A stretch of DNA of 64,000 bases from Candidatus Dadabacteria bacterium (GTDB lineage: Bacteria > Desulfobacterota_D > UBA1144 > Nemesobacterales > CSP1-2). Shown piece by piece: positions 40,078 through 50,761 of this stretch (position 1 is the stretch's first letter; the number at the start of each line of letters is the position of its first letter). Under the pieces are notes generated by a model. It saw nothing but the letters and a program-made list of their open reading frames with translations. It searched no databases and was not told where the DNA came from. The stretch lies in assembly GCA_963805855.1 (NCBI GenBank), contig CAWDVW010000002.1, positions 224,001-288,000 of the forward strand. The letters are read 5' to 3'. The position numbers were made by a program, and so were the translations under genes.

Positions 40078-40222
40078 AAGATCGCCACGGGGCTTCGCCC
40101 TTCGGGATGACAAGTAAAATTGATTCCAGATCAAAGATTTCGGGAACGCAAGATTTTTAGATTGCTTCGCTACGGCTCGCAATGGCTGAAAATTAGATTC
40201 CTCATCTTCATTCGGAATGACA
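40078..40222. repeat. Cluster of REP/RPE-like palindromes (AGATTGCTTCG..CGCAATG type)
   Basis: agatcgccacggggcttcgcccttcgggatgac, agattgcttcgctacggctcgcaatgg and agattcctcatcttcattcggaatgac. Confidence 0.7.
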
Positions 40223-40391
40223 CTTCGTACGATGGATAACAAAGGAGCTGGATCCACGATAATTACATTCGGTGATGATAGAACCAATGTTTCGAGTCTT
40301 CACATTTGAAAAAAGGTGATGAAAAAGCGGTATGGATTTTGGGAAAAAATCTATGAAAGAAATCTTTCTGCTAAGCTAGTATTCTATTGGT

Positions 40392-40799
40392 ATGAAGAAA
40401 CTATGTACGCAGTGCTTATACATCGGTTACGAAGAGTTTACTATCTATGGAAATTTCAAAACTGAGTTAGTAATATGGAGTTGTGCTTTTTTCTTTGCTC
40501 TTTCAGGTGTTATAGAAACTTTCCTTTGGGTTCCAGCATCTATTCTATTCCTTGCCGCCCTACTCTACACACTCACACGCTACAAATTAAAATACTGTGT
40601 ATGTCCTAAGTGCAAAAATGACTCTATGATCCCGGTTGATTCTCCAAAAGCCATACAAATTATGGGAGATTACCAGCTGGCTGAATATGAGATAAAGGTT
40701 CCGCCGAAGCGTACCATTCTTGGCATTCCCTTCAGAAACCTAATCCTTATACTAACAACTATCCTGATTACCATTATGCTCTACAAACACTTCAACTAA
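40392..40799 (+). CDS. Membrane protein with split CxxC/CxxC motif
   Basis: LCTQC, two TM helices, CPKC..MIPVDSP and a C-terminal TM. Confidence 0.65.
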   Translation: MKKLCTQCLYIGYEEFTIYGNFKTELVIWSCAFFFALSGVIETFLWVPASILFLAALLYTLTRYKLKYCVCPKCKNDSMIPVDSPKAIQIMGDYQLAEYEIKVPPKRTILGIPFRNLILILTTILITIMLYKHFN

Positions 40800-41007
40800 G
40801 AAAAATGATAATTCTAGATGTTTCCCAATTCTCAAGATGTTTTTCCGCTCCTACCGAAAAAGAAAATCAGAAGGTCGCGTCTCAGAATTAAACAAATCAG
40901 TTAAGTGAATGATGAGAAAAGTTGATTGTTGGGATACGACCCCGCAATTACAGAATACAGAATGATACGACCAGTTCGACTGAACAACTTGATCCGACCG
41001 CAAGCCA

Positions 41008-41241
41008 TGTCATCCTGAATGCTGAATCGATCCTGACCTATCGTCAGGACATGGTTCAACACAGGCCGCAATTTTTGGAAGGCCAGTCAAAACCCTTTTT
41101 ATGATGACAGGGTCTGAGATTGCTTCGCACCCTTCGATAGTTCGACAAGCTCACTACTCAGGGTGAACGGGTTATGAGGAAAAGAATGGGGAAAGCAAAA
41201 GTTTTTATTCGTGGATTCCCGATAACAATCCTCGGGAATGA
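41008..41241. repeat. Cluster of REP/RPE-like palindromes
   Basis: gtcatcctgaa.., tcctgacctatcgtcagga, cccttcgatagttcgacaagctcactactcaggg and tggattcccgataacaatcctcgggaatgac. Confidence 0.75.
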
Positions 41242-41275
41242 CGCAGGGGCTTCGGATTCCCGGGTTATAAAGTTT

Positions 41276-41503
41276 TTAGAGTAAATCGATGAACTCACCA
41301 ATACTTAACCCGGCCTGCTTGAGGATACTGCGAAGTGTGCCCTTCTTCAGATCTTTATTATGGTACGGGAGAACTACCCTCTTTGATTGTAATGAAGGGT
41401 GCTTAAGCACAACATGGCTACCTGTTTGATTGTGAATATAAAAGCCAGCCTTATCGAGAGCCCTAAGCACTTCCCTTGGCTTTAGTGATGGAAGAGCAGG
41501 AGA
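41276..41503 (-). pseudogene. hicA: HicA-family toxin, start codon position reads TAG, no adjacent hicB
   Basis: *SPALPSLKPREVLRALDKAGF..QTGSHVVLKH..VVLPYHNKDLKKGTLRSILKQAGL. GACAGAA heptamer tract immediately upstream. Confidence 0.75.
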
Positions 41504-41670
41504 CTAGAGCAAGAAGACAGAAGATGGAAGACAGAAGACAGAAGACAGAATGATAGGACCAGCCCGTTCGACCAAGTTCAAGACACACTAGTCAGGGAGA
41601 ACGGGACGCTTCTTCTGAAAAGTTGAAAGAGCGGCTATTTACTGAAATAATTAATAAACATTTAATCACA

Positions 41671-41742
41671 GCCGACGTAGCTCAGCGGTAGAGCAGCGCA
41701 CTCGTAATGCGCAGGTCTGGAGTTCGAATCTCCACGTCGGCT
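41671..41742 (+). tRNA. tRNA-Thr (anticodon CGT)
   Basis: Acceptor stem GCCGACG/CGTCGGC, D-arm GCTCAGCGGTAGAGC, anticodon arm GCGCA-CTCGTAA-TGCGC, T-loop GTTCGAATC. Followed by CAA, not CCA. Confidence 0.96.
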
Positions 41743-41855
41743 CAAATGATTTAAAGGCTTCCTCACATGTTTATCTGGACTTTCTTCACTTCCCCAATTA
41801 GAATGGTTGAAACGATGGACGATAATAATTCAAAATGTATTACAGGGAGGTTACA

Positions 41856-42506
41856 ATGGCAATAGAACATGCTGGTAAAAGACTAGGAATATATATTTTT
41901 GATGGTGCGGAGGTTCTTGACTGGGCGGGGCCCATAAGTGTTTTTGCAGTAGCACGAAGACTCGATCCGGAACTGGACGCATTTTTGGTAGGAGATTCTA
42001 TGGCTACAGTTAAAGCTACGGCAAACTTATCTGTTAATCCCAAGTACAGCCTTGACCACAAACCGGATATGGATGCTTTCTTGATTCCCGGTGGTATCGG
42101 TACAAGGGTTGAAATGCACAATGACCGGCTTATTCAATTCGTGAAATCTATACCTGAAAAGACATTGCTGGTGAGTGTTTGTACCGGTTCCTGGATCTAC
42201 GGCAAGGCGGGGATACTGGATGGAATAAGAGCGACTAATCGCAAGAATGCTGATCCTGGCGAAGCTGTCGTTCCAATAGATCGTTTAGCTCAAATCGCTC
42301 CAAAGTGCCAGATTGATCGTCATCGTATTGTGGACTGTGGTAGAGTAATCACAGGTGGTGGAATATCGTCAGGCATTGAAATGGGATTTTACCTGTTGGA
42401 GCGATTCGGGTACGATGAAAAATTTGTAGATAACGTTGCCTACATCATGGAGTATGAGAAACAGTGGAAGCTCATGAAGGAGGACAGGCTTGTGGATAAA
42501 ACCTAA
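41856..42506 (+). CDS. DJ-1/PfpI family protein
   Basis: GAEVLDWAGP, LIPGGIG, SVCTGS and ITGGGISSGIEM. RBS GGGAGG before ATG 41856. Confidence 0.9.
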   Translation: MAIEHAGKRLGIYIFDGAEVLDWAGPISVFAVARRLDPELDAFLVGDSMATVKATANLSVNPKYSLDHKPDMDAFLIPGGIGTRVEMHNDRLIQFVKSIPEKTLLVSVCTGSWIYGKAGILDGIRATNRKNADPGEAVVPIDRLAQIAPKCQIDRHRIVDCGRVITGGGISSGIEMGFYLLERFGYDEKFVDNVAYIMEYEKQWKLMKEDRLVDKT

Positions 42507-42637
42507 CTCAATAAATTAGGTTTAATGACTTTACCTTCTTGAGATTAAGCAGCGTCTTTATATTGAAGAGATTAAAGCCAACATAAGTGTTTGCATCCAA
42601 GAATATTCCAAGAATCAATTGTAAAATAATGAAATCT

Positions 42638-42675
42638 TGCGCAGGTCTGGAGTTCGAATCTCCACGTCGGCTCCA
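42638..42675 (+). mobile_element. att-like duplication of the tRNA-Thr 3' end
   Basis: 36 bp identical to 41708-41743 (tgcgcaggtctggagttcgaatctccacgtcggctc), here ending CCA. TGCCTAACC direct repeats at 42722 and 42733. Confidence 0.85.
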
Positions 42676-43010
42676 ACTGATACAGCCAGTTACAACAGAT
42701 CAAGCCATTCGCTAATTTATCTGCCTAACCAATGCCTAACCCAATTAAAGGGTTGCATCCCCTTCAATTCGTCTCCCAACCTAATGTAATTGTCGTTTTA
42801 TCAGTTTACTATAATAAAAAGACTCCGTGAGCAGTATGGCTGAGCGTTTTTGGCTTTTCCATTTTTTCCCATTGACTAGAAATTGCATTTATCTTAGTAT
42901 CAAGTAGAACAGCGATTTGCAGGATAATAGCCTTCGTAGGACACTATACTGCATTTTTGCGGTCTAAATTATTCGTTAGGCGATAAAACTGACAAAATAA
43001 GGAGAATGAA

Positions 43011-43523
43011 GTGGAATCTCCAAAAAGGGGAGCACATTTTCTACGAGAATTTCGCGAGTTCATCGCATTTCTTAGCACGCTGTGGGGCCTCCTCGCAGGG
43101 ATCTCGGTGTTTTTTCCTCTTTCCAGCATATTCCTAAAGGCGATCCCATTGAAGGCGTACGAAGCCAATGGAGTGTTTAACCATCTCTCGCCACCATTAG
43201 TCACCGCGGTTGCCACGGTCGTCACGCTATTCCTGGTTTTATCGACATTTGGCAAACGAGAGGAGTTCAAGGGGGTAAGGAGGAACAACGCACGACGCCA
43301 AGCGTGGATCTCAATGGGAGTTAGCATGATAGCTCTTATCACTTATATGACAATCCACCAGATATATGCCGAGTATGGTTATTCGGTGTTTGGATTGGGC
43401 AGCGGTGACCCTCGGAAGCTATTTTTCGAAATACCCTTGCTAGTTGCTTATACTGCTTTCTTCGCACTTCTTACGAGAGCATTCATGCTTTTGGGTATGG
43501 TGGAATTCTATAGAAACGATTAA
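43011..43523 (+). CDS. Hypothetical four-TM membrane protein
   Basis: RBS AAGGAG, GTG start and four hydrophobic segments. Confidence 0.65.
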   Translation: MESPKRGAHFLREFREFIAFLSTLWGLLAGISVFFPLSSIFLKAIPLKAYEANGVFNHLSPPLVTAVATVVTLFLVLSTFGKREEFKGVRRNNARRQAWISMGVSMIALITYMTIHQIYAEYGYSVFGLGSGDPRKLFFEIPLLVAYTAFFALLTRAFMLLGMVEFYRND

Positions 43524-43748
43524 CTGCATCGCCTTACGAAGACTAAGGGGTGACCGGGTTGGGTATTGACGAATTGGGAAAAGCTGGCAGTCCTACCTCA
43601 GCAGTGAGCACGCCCTCAACTTATCTAACCGAACCTCCCCCTCTGTCATTCTAAATAGTAGTTGTTGGTCATCCACAAATAAAAAGGTTGCTTCTCCTTT
43701 TAATACCCTTTAAGATAAACGAGGTCTAAATAAGGAGGAGTAAATTTC

Positions 43749-44438
43749 ATGAGTGTTAGAATTTCAATGACCATATTAGCTTTGTCGTTTCTTTTTATAA
43801 CATTTTCGCCCGACTGGGCCAAGGCTCAACTCGATGAAAGGGCGGTAAAGTCCGCAAATATACTGTATCAAGAAATGAATGCGCCCCCAAGTCAGAAAAT
43901 CCCACAGACGCTCATCGATGAGGCAAAGTGCATAATAGTAATACCCTCACTGGTAAAAGCCGGATTGGTAATAACGGTAGAAAGCGGTAAGGGACTGGCT
44001 ATATGCAGGAGTAGAGAAACCGGAAAGTGGGGCGCGCCCGCTTTCTATAACGCAAGGGGAGGCTCTCTTGGGCTATCAGCTGGGGGAGGCTCCTTTGATG
44101 TAGTCGCCCTCGTGATGGATGAAAAGGGCGTGGGAGGCCTGGTATCAGAGAGTGTAACTTTTGGTTCGGCTCAGGCTTCAGCTGTGGCTGGACAAACAGG
44201 AGCTACTGCAGGCTCACATACCAAGGGAATCTCTTTTTTCACCTACACCGAATCGAAGGATGGGCTGTTTGCCGGTGCCGATCTAGGGGGGCTAAAGCTA
44301 GATTTTAATGGTAAGGGTAATACAAGGGCATATGGGAAGGGTCTTTCCGCATATGAAACTCTATTTAAGGAAAAGACTGTCCCCGATTCCATAAAGGTAT
44401 TTCGAGAGGCTGTCTTGAAGTTTGCGCCGGGTCGGTAG
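43749..44438 (+). CDS. Ysc84/SYLF lipid-binding domain protein (exported)
   Basis: IPQTLIDEAKCIIVIPSLVKAG, WGAPAF..GGSLG and GLFAGADL. Confidence 0.85.
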   Translation: MSVRISMTILALSFLFITFSPDWAKAQLDERAVKSANILYQEMNAPPSQKIPQTLIDEAKCIIVIPSLVKAGLVITVESGKGLAICRSRETGKWGAPAFYNARGGSLGLSAGGGSFDVVALVMDEKGVGGLVSESVTFGSAQASAVAGQTGATAGSHTKGISFFTYTESKDGLFAGADLGGLKLDFNGKGNTRAYGKGLSAYETLFKEKTVPDSIKVFREAVLKFAPGR

Positions 44439-44482
44439 ACCGGATTTCTGAGGGCAGGCTCTTCGACGGTTCTCAGGACAAG

Positions 44483-44605
44483 GGCTGTCCCCTTGTTGTC
44501 ATTCCCTAATGTCTTAATAGGGAATCCATGCTTTTACATCTGGATCCCCGATAACTATCCTCGGGAATGACAAAAAGACTAAAATATTTAATCCAACCAC
44601 AACCC
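44483..44605. repeat. ~123-bp REPIN-like doublet of inverted GTCATTCCC..GGGAATCCA palindromes, near-identical to 50762-50884
   Basis: ggctgtccccttgttgtcattccctaat..agggaatccatgctttta..tggatccccga..cgggaatgac..gactaaaa..ccacaaccc. Confidence 0.85.
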
Positions 44606-44847
44606 CAAATTTTTTTTAACGCTCCCGGAATTGATTTTGGAAATTTTTTGAATGCCCGTTTAAGATCTAAGATACTGTCCCCGAATTATGTAACATCTAC
44701 AGCGATGACGACAAAAGAGGGGATTGATTCGCAGTAGCCCGAGATGACCCGCTTATGGATTCTCGATCACAGTACTCGAGATGGCAGGGAGCAGCTGGAT
44801 TTTATTTAGGATAGAGCGAAAAGGGTTCCCCCTCATTTTTCTGCAAA

Positions 44848-45766
44848 TTAGACCTTTTCGTAGTATTCTATCATTCTAGTGCGTGTTTTCTCAATCAGGC
44901 AACCGGCCAAATCCCGCTGCCATATTGTCGGCCATATGTTTCACGTTTGATGAGGCGGGGATGATATTTGTGACATCGGGATTTGAGGCGATGAATTTCA
45001 GGAAATATTGCGCCCAGCTCGTGCAATCAAATTCGGAAGCCCACTCCGGCAAGGGTTTTCCCCGAACCTTTTTGAATAATCCACCTCTTTGAAATGGACG
45101 GTTTATTATAGTAGCTACGTTCTTTTCCCGGGCAAGTGGCAAAAGACGTTTTTCTGCAACACGATCCACGATATTGTAGCTGAATTGTGCAAAGTCCAGC
45201 TGCTCGGTCTTCTTAATCTTTACGAATTCTTCATGGTGTCTTCCATGAGAGGTCGTAATTCCAATGTATCGTATTTTGCCCTCCTCTTTCCAATCTCTGA
45301 GGGTTTTTAAGTGTACTTTCCAGTCACGAACGTTGTGTATCTGCATAAGATCGAAGCTCTTTAAGCCCCATAATTTAAGTGAATCATTCATCTGTTTAAC
45401 TCCCGATTCTCCGCCATAGGTCCACACCTTTGTTGCAGAAAAGAGATTTTTCTTATTAGTCGTTGTCCTAAGCAGTTCGCCTAGGACCCTTTCGGAAGAA
45501 CCATACATTGGTGAAGAATCTATCAACGCACCTCCATCATCAAAGAACACCTGGAGGACCTCGGCTAGCTGAGCAATCTGTTCTTTATTGGAACCGACAT
45601 CGAACGTGCGGGATGTCCCCATACCAATGATCGGAAGCACTTCGCCCGAAGATGGTATAGCCCTCTTGATGGGAGGTAGTTGCGTTGATAACAATGTGTC
45701 CGGGAGAAAAGACATTCCTGCCCATGTCCCTAACAGACCACCTATGAATTTCCTGCGCGAAATCAT
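44848..45766 (-). CDS. Aldo/keto reductase with twin-arginine-like N-terminus; +1 frameshift near the C-terminus
   Basis: SRRKFI, IDSSPMYGSSE, DLMQIHN and IRYIGIT. Removing one T near 44893 gives RLPDEKTRTRMIEYYEKV*. Confidence 0.88.
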
Positions 45767-45795
45767 GTTAATATTCCTCCAATAGTTTTTATTTA

Positions 45796-47142
45796 CTACT
45801 CTCGCATGTCTTTGCCAGCCAATTTTTCCCTCTTCTTACCCAGTATATACGAAACGGTAGCCCAAATTCCGGAAAGAGGAACAGCGGCAATAGCAATCGC
45901 CGATAGACTCAAACCCAAACCTGAAAGACCCGCGAAGACCCAGGCACTCACCACGTCTCCGCCCCTGTAGATCGCGGTATCTATAAAATTTTTCGCCTTA
46001 TACTTTTCTTCTTTGGTCAGCACAGTGAACAGCATCTCGCGTGAAGGTCTCGTTATGGCGTAATTGCCGGCGCGCCGAACGACCTGAACGATAACGAGGA
46101 CGATAAGTAAAGGGGCCAACCCCAACATTAAAAAGCCTAAACCCAGGAGCACCGGTATCAAGGCCAAGCTCCAACTCAGGCCCATGCTTTTGACTATCCG
46201 ACCGGTCAGAAAAACCTGAATGACGACCGCAAGGGTGTTTACTGCAAAATCTATTGCAGCAAATACCGCAGTGCGGCGGGATGGATCATCAAAACTATCT
46301 CGAACTATCTGTGCCTGCTGAAAATACAAAAAAGTCGCAAGGGTTGTAAATAGAAAGATTAAAAGGCAAATCCCCATCAAATAAGGGGAGCTTAGGACTA
46401 GACTGAATGCAGCGACTACGCTCCCACCCATCGGCTTTTCATCGGAATCCTCAGATAGGCTAGGTCCGGTCTTCGAAAATGAGTCCGGAACCGTCGAAGC
46501 GGATTCATGCTTTTTTGAAATTAAACGCCTTATGCAGACAACGGACACGAACAATAAAATTGCCGAGATGGGCAGTAAATTTGTAGGACCTAGTAATAAT
46601 ACAAGGTTTCCTGTTAACGCTGGACCCACAATGGCGCCAGTCGTTCCTCCGGCGGCGATAAAGCCAAAGAGCCTTTTTGCCTGGCTATCGCTATATATAT
46701 CTGCCATGAAGCTCCAAAATACCGATACAACAAAAAGGTTATATACACTAACCCATATGAAGAATGCGCGCGCGACATAAGCATGTGTTAAATCGGTACT
46801 GAATAAGAAAAAGAAGAGCAGGAGATTTGCGATAAAGAAGTAGTAGACCCAGGGAATGAATCTTTTCCTAGGATACCTCGAGGCAATCCATCCGAAGATC
46901 GGTACCGCTGCAAGCATCATAAGAAAAGTACCTGTGAATAACCATTGTAAATTCTCAACCCCGCCGGCGATCCCCATCTCATCTCGTATGGGCCTGATTA
47001 TGTAGTAGCTACACAGCAGGGAAAAGAAGTAGAGAAATGACCAAATGAGAGATCTTAATTCGTCTGGTCGAACATCTACCAGTCTTGTTGCCCAAGAATG
47101 AAGGGATGAATGGGCCTGTTCGTGCGCTATATTTCGGGACAT
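45796..47142 (-). CDS. NTP/NDP exchange-like (Npt/AAA family) MFS transporter
   Basis: YYIIRPIRD, VSVFWSFMAD..QAKRLFG and RPSREMLFT..KYKAKNFIDT. Confidence 0.88.
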   Translation of the reverse strand: MSRNIAHEQAHSSLHSWATRLVDVRPDELRSLIWSFLYFFSLLCSYYIIRPIRDEMGIAGGVENLQWLFTGTFLMMLAAVPIFGWIASRYPRKRFIPWVYYFFIANLLLFFFLFSTDLTHAYVARAFFIWVSVYNLFVVSVFWSFMADIYSDSQAKRLFGFIAAGGTTGAIVGPALTGNLVLLLGPTNLLPISAILLFVSVVCIRRLISKKHESASTVPDSFSKTGPSLSEDSDEKPMGGSVVAAFSLVLSSPYLMGICLLIFLFTTLATFLYFQQAQIVRDSFDDPSRRTAVFAAIDFAVNTLAVVIQVFLTGRIVKSMGLSWSLALIPVLLGLGFLMLGLAPLLIVLVIVQVVRRAGNYAITRPSREMLFTVLTKEEKYKAKNFIDTAIYRGGDVVSAWVFAGLSGLGLSLSAIAIAAVPLSGIWATVSYILGKKREKLAGKDMRE

Positions 47143-48043
47143 GTAATGTTATGCCATTTTATCCATTAAACTATTAAGCTACCAGTATTTCATGATAAAA
47201 ATCTATTATCAACACAACATTCCGCCCTAACCACAGAATTTAATGAAAAGAAACCCAAGATGCGATTTTATATCAATCATAATTCCAACTTAAATAGAGA
47301 TTGACAAAAGGGACATAGTACAACGATGAGACTCCAATTATTTCCTTTATGACAATCCCATTGAGTGAACCAAAGGGGACGCAAGCCTTTAATTTAAGAT
47401 CTTTGAGCTTCTGGATCGGGTATAGACCAAATAAATTCTTTTTGGAATCACAAAAGGCGGATACTGCTTAATGTTCAATTAAGGACCAAGGTCCCCACTT
47501 CAACTACCATTCCATCTCAAATGCATTGGTTTGCTTCAAAGGTATCCCTGCCCCATAACCTGGTGAATCGCTCAGATCGCTTTCTGCGTTAGAATCATCC
47601 GGTCGTGCGGCATCCAATGAGGTCGACAGGCCTTGATAAACCTTTTTGCGTCGAGCACTACGCCTTGGTCATCTTGCTTAGGATTTATCCTCGCAACTAA
47701 ACCTTTCTTCGATTCTCCGTTCTTGCTGACAAATACCTTTGCGTTGACCCTACGCGCGTCATACCCAGAGATCTAATAATCCCTTACTTGCTGATTATCT
47801 CGCCATCAAAATCATTGGGAATTGCAATAGGTTCCATACCACAAATCTAGAAGGTTATCGCAAATTTTACAGGGTTCACTACAAGATTCCAGTTTACCCT
47901 GTTATTCTCAATCTTAATCCAGAAAACCTGAACGCGCTCTGGGCATTCACTCTTTCCCTATACCACAATGCCTTTCTTACCGGTGAATGCAAAGCGGGGC
48001 AATCTTGCCCTAGCTTTGCAACGAGGAGTCTTCGTATTTCTCA

Positions 48044-48754
48044 TTACCAGTTCATCCCCCACGGATCAGATTGCTTCGGAGGTACAGAGGTCGTAACGCT
48101 ATTAACCTCCCTCACATTATCAATATTCTGTTGAACATCTGGAGGACCGTACTGTTGCGGTTGAGGTGCAGGTTCAATTTGTTGCTGTGGATTCGGATAT
48201 TGATTCGGAGGAGCCGGATAAGGATACCCATACGGAGCAGGGTACGGATATGGAGCCGGATAAGGATATGGGGCAACATACGGAGCAGGATACGGGTACG
48301 CATATGGATAATACGGAGCATACGGGACATAGCCACCATATGCAAGACCACCATAAAAACCATCATAGCCAAATCCGAAAAACGGAAGTCCAAGCCCTAT
48401 GGAGAAGTTCCAATTGTTGTAACCTCCACCACCTCCATGCCATCCACCGTAGTGTCCATACCGCCGTTTACCTCCATGCCAACCACCATATCCACCGCGA
48501 TAACCATAATGACCACCATGTCCACCGCGATAACCATAATGACCGCCTTGTCCACCGCGATAACCATAATGACCGCCTTGTCCACCGCGATAACCATAAT
48601 GACCGCCTTGTCTGCCCCCACGCCCCCCATTATATCCTGCATGCCCACCCCTATGGCCTCCTCCGTACCCCGACTTACGAGCCAGGCCTGGCTCAGCGGC
48701 CAGCGTTAACGTCAACGCAGCCAGAAATGCTACAATAATGTATCTAATAGCTTT
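48044..48754 (-). CDS. Exported Gly/Tyr-rich and Pro/Tyr-rich low-complexity protein
   Basis: RBS AGGAGG before MKAIRY. Signal peptide, (GGHYGYRGG[QH]) repeats and (YPYPAP) repeats. Confidence 0.7.
   Translation of the reverse strand, partial: KAIRYIIVAFLAALTLTLAAEPGLARKSGYGGGHRGGHAGYNGGRGGRQGGHYGYRGGQGGHYGYRGGQGGHYGYRGGHGGHYGYRGGYGGWHGGKRRYGHYGGWHGGGGGYNNWNFSIGLGLPFFGFGYDGFYGGLAYGGYVPYAPYYPYAYPYPAPYVAPYPYPAPYPYPAPYGYPYPAPPNQYPNPQQQIEPAPQPQQYGPPDVQQNIDNVREVNSVTTSVPPKQSDPWGMNW
48491..48610. repeat. Coding tandem repeat, 4 x 30 bp
   Basis: tccaccgcgataaccataatgacc(g/a)cc(t/a)tg at 48491, 48521, 48551 and 48581. Confidence 0.9.
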
Positions 48755-48959
48755 CATGGATGTCGCCTCCTTAAGGCATCGACGTACATATATTATACAT
48801 TGTGCATGAAATCCTCGAGGGGTCAACCCTCATGCACTTGCAGCTTACGCAAACTGACCACCAGTCGCATACTTAGCCTGCTGAAATCCTATACGCAACC
48901 TCTATATATCATTCGAAAGATGAACCTACATTTATAAACTTGAAAAGTAGAAATTAGTT

Positions 48960-49754
48960 TCACCTTCTTTTCCTAATATTTCTCCTTCCCGATGAAAGCA
49001 TATTCATCATCTCCTCGTGGATCTTACCGTTAGTCGCTATGATCTCTTGATCATTTATGTTGTACTCTTCGCCTCCGAATTTTGTCACCCTACCGCCTGC
49101 TTCTTCTACAATAAGGTACCCTGCGGCGGTATCCCACGGGTTTAATCCAAGCTCCCAGAAGCCATCATATCTTCCACAGGCCACATAACAGAGATCAAGT
49201 GCCGCAGAGCCGTCTCTCCTCACCGCCCTCGCCCCCCTTATAAAATTCGCAAAATGCGTCAAATTTTCCTCAACCATCCAGTCCGCCGTGTGTATAAATC
49301 CGGTGCATAGATTACTCTCTTCCACCTTCAGCGCACCGGAAACAACTATTTTCTTATCGTTCATCCGGGCACCCCTCCCACGCTCTCCGACGAACATCTC
49401 ATCCTTGATCGGATCGTATATCAGTCCAATTTTTACTTCGCCGTCTATTTCCAGCGCTATTGAAACAGAAAAGAAGGGATAGGTATGAGCAAAATTTGTC
49501 GTTCCATCTAGAGGATCAATTATCCAAAGATAATTTGACCCTTGCCCTTGGATCCCGGATTCCTCCGCAAGGATTCCGTGGGCCGGATATGCTTCTTTAA
49601 TCATTTTTATTATAAGGTCTTCCGCCACTCTGTCAGCCTCGGTCACAAGGCTGTTCTTCGCCTTGTACTCAACCTCGCCGACCTTTCCCAGATACCCTTT
49701 GAGCAAATCACCAGCTTCGAGTGCCGCTTTTCGTGCTACATCAAGATAACCCAC
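48960..49754 (-). CDS. suhB: Inositol monophosphatase family protein
   Basis: LVTEAD, AEESG, WIIDPLDGTTNF, GSAALDLCYVACGR and PWDTAAG. Confidence 0.92.
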   Translation of the reverse strand: MGYLDVARKAALEAGDLLKGYLGKVGEVEYKAKNSLVTEADRVAEDLIIKMIKEAYPAHGILAEESGIQGQGSNYLWIIDPLDGTTNFAHTYPFFSVSIALEIDGEVKIGLIYDPIKDEMFVGERGRGARMNDKKIVVSGALKVEESNLCTGFIHTADWMVEENLTHFANFIRGARAVRRDGSAALDLCYVACGRYDGFWELGLNPWDTAAGYLIVEEAGGRVTKFGGEEYNINDQEIIATNGKIHEEMMNMLSSGRRNIRKRR

Positions 49755-49846
49755 TAAATTAATATACCCAAAGTTTTGTTATCACACCTGTTCTAAAAAT
49801 TTTTAGGTACAACTCGACTATTACTCTCTTCGAATTCAAAATTCTC

Positions 49847-50437
49847 CTATTCCGAGTCCGCAGCCGCACCAGATCCGACTATTTTAGATTCACAGCTCAA
49901 GAGGTCTGACCCTATAGTAGAGTCTTTCCTGGCACCCCCGCATTCAATCCATTTAGTGGGGCTTTTCTTATCCGCCTCGCAATTACAACTATCATCCACT
50001 TTCGGACACCTGATTGTAATGATCTCAACGCCGGTACCCCCTAACCTTTTAAACCTTCCCTGACAATACTGTATTGGCTCAAAAATCACACCGGACCCAT
50101 CTCTCTTATCACCACTTTCCTCCTTTACCACATCCACATCCTCATTTACCTTCTCCCCAGATTCTTCCCCCTTGTCATTTTGAGACAATTGATATTTAAG
50201 GGGATCGTCGAATAAAGGATTTTTATTCTCGCCATCCCATACAAGTCCGCCTTGATTTAAAACGGGATAGTTGGTCTGTTGATCAATGTAACGCGCTCCA
50301 CTATTCGACAAATTTGCGTCACCTATATCACCTGCGAATACTTCAGCGCCAACCCACATAGCAATAACAACAACGCATAGTAAAAGAAAAGAGAGTTTTA
50401 CCACACACACTAAGTCCTTAAATTGATTCAATTTCAT
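49847..50437 (-). CDS. Hypothetical exported Cys-containing protein
   Basis: RBS AAGGAG before MKLNQF, a hydrophobic N-terminal segment and several C-terminal Cys. Confidence 0.55.
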   Translation of the reverse strand: MKLNQFKDLVCVVKLSFLLLCVVVIAMWVGAEVFAGDIGDANLSNSGARYIDQQTNYPVLNQGGLVWDGENKNPLFDDPLKYQLSQNDKGEESGEKVNEDVDVVKEESGDKRDGSGVIFEPIQYCQGRFKRLGGTGVEIITIRCPKVDDSCNCEADKKSPTKWIECGGARKDSTIGSDLLSCESKIVGSGAAADSE

Positions 50438-50761
50438 CTCCTTTTCCTTCGTTTTCGTCCAATTAGTTAATCTTATATTAGACAATCAATCAAATAAGAT
50501 AACATATCAACATTATATACCATATATACCATTTTAATCGGCCGAAACGAATAACCCGGCAGCACGCTGCAGCGCATAAGCGCATGAACAAACAGTCTCT
50601 TCAGTCAATACTGTAAAGGCCAGATATTTCGATCATCGAATCCTTAAAAGCATGTCCTTCATATCTTACTCTTCTTTCTAACTTCTTTGTCTTGATACTG
50701 AAACGAGTTCAGCACAGGTACAAAGAAGCAGCCCTTCAATGAAACTCAGGGTTGAGGACTA

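Noticed and set aside
47300-48040. ORF-free 0.7-kb gap as an ncRNA or pseudogene
   Set aside because: No recognisable RNA motif or protein similarity could be read.
48071-48738. Plus-strand Arg/Ile-rich and His-rich ORFs
   Set aside because: Antisense shadows of the Gly/Pro-rich repeat gene, which has the RBS and signal peptide.
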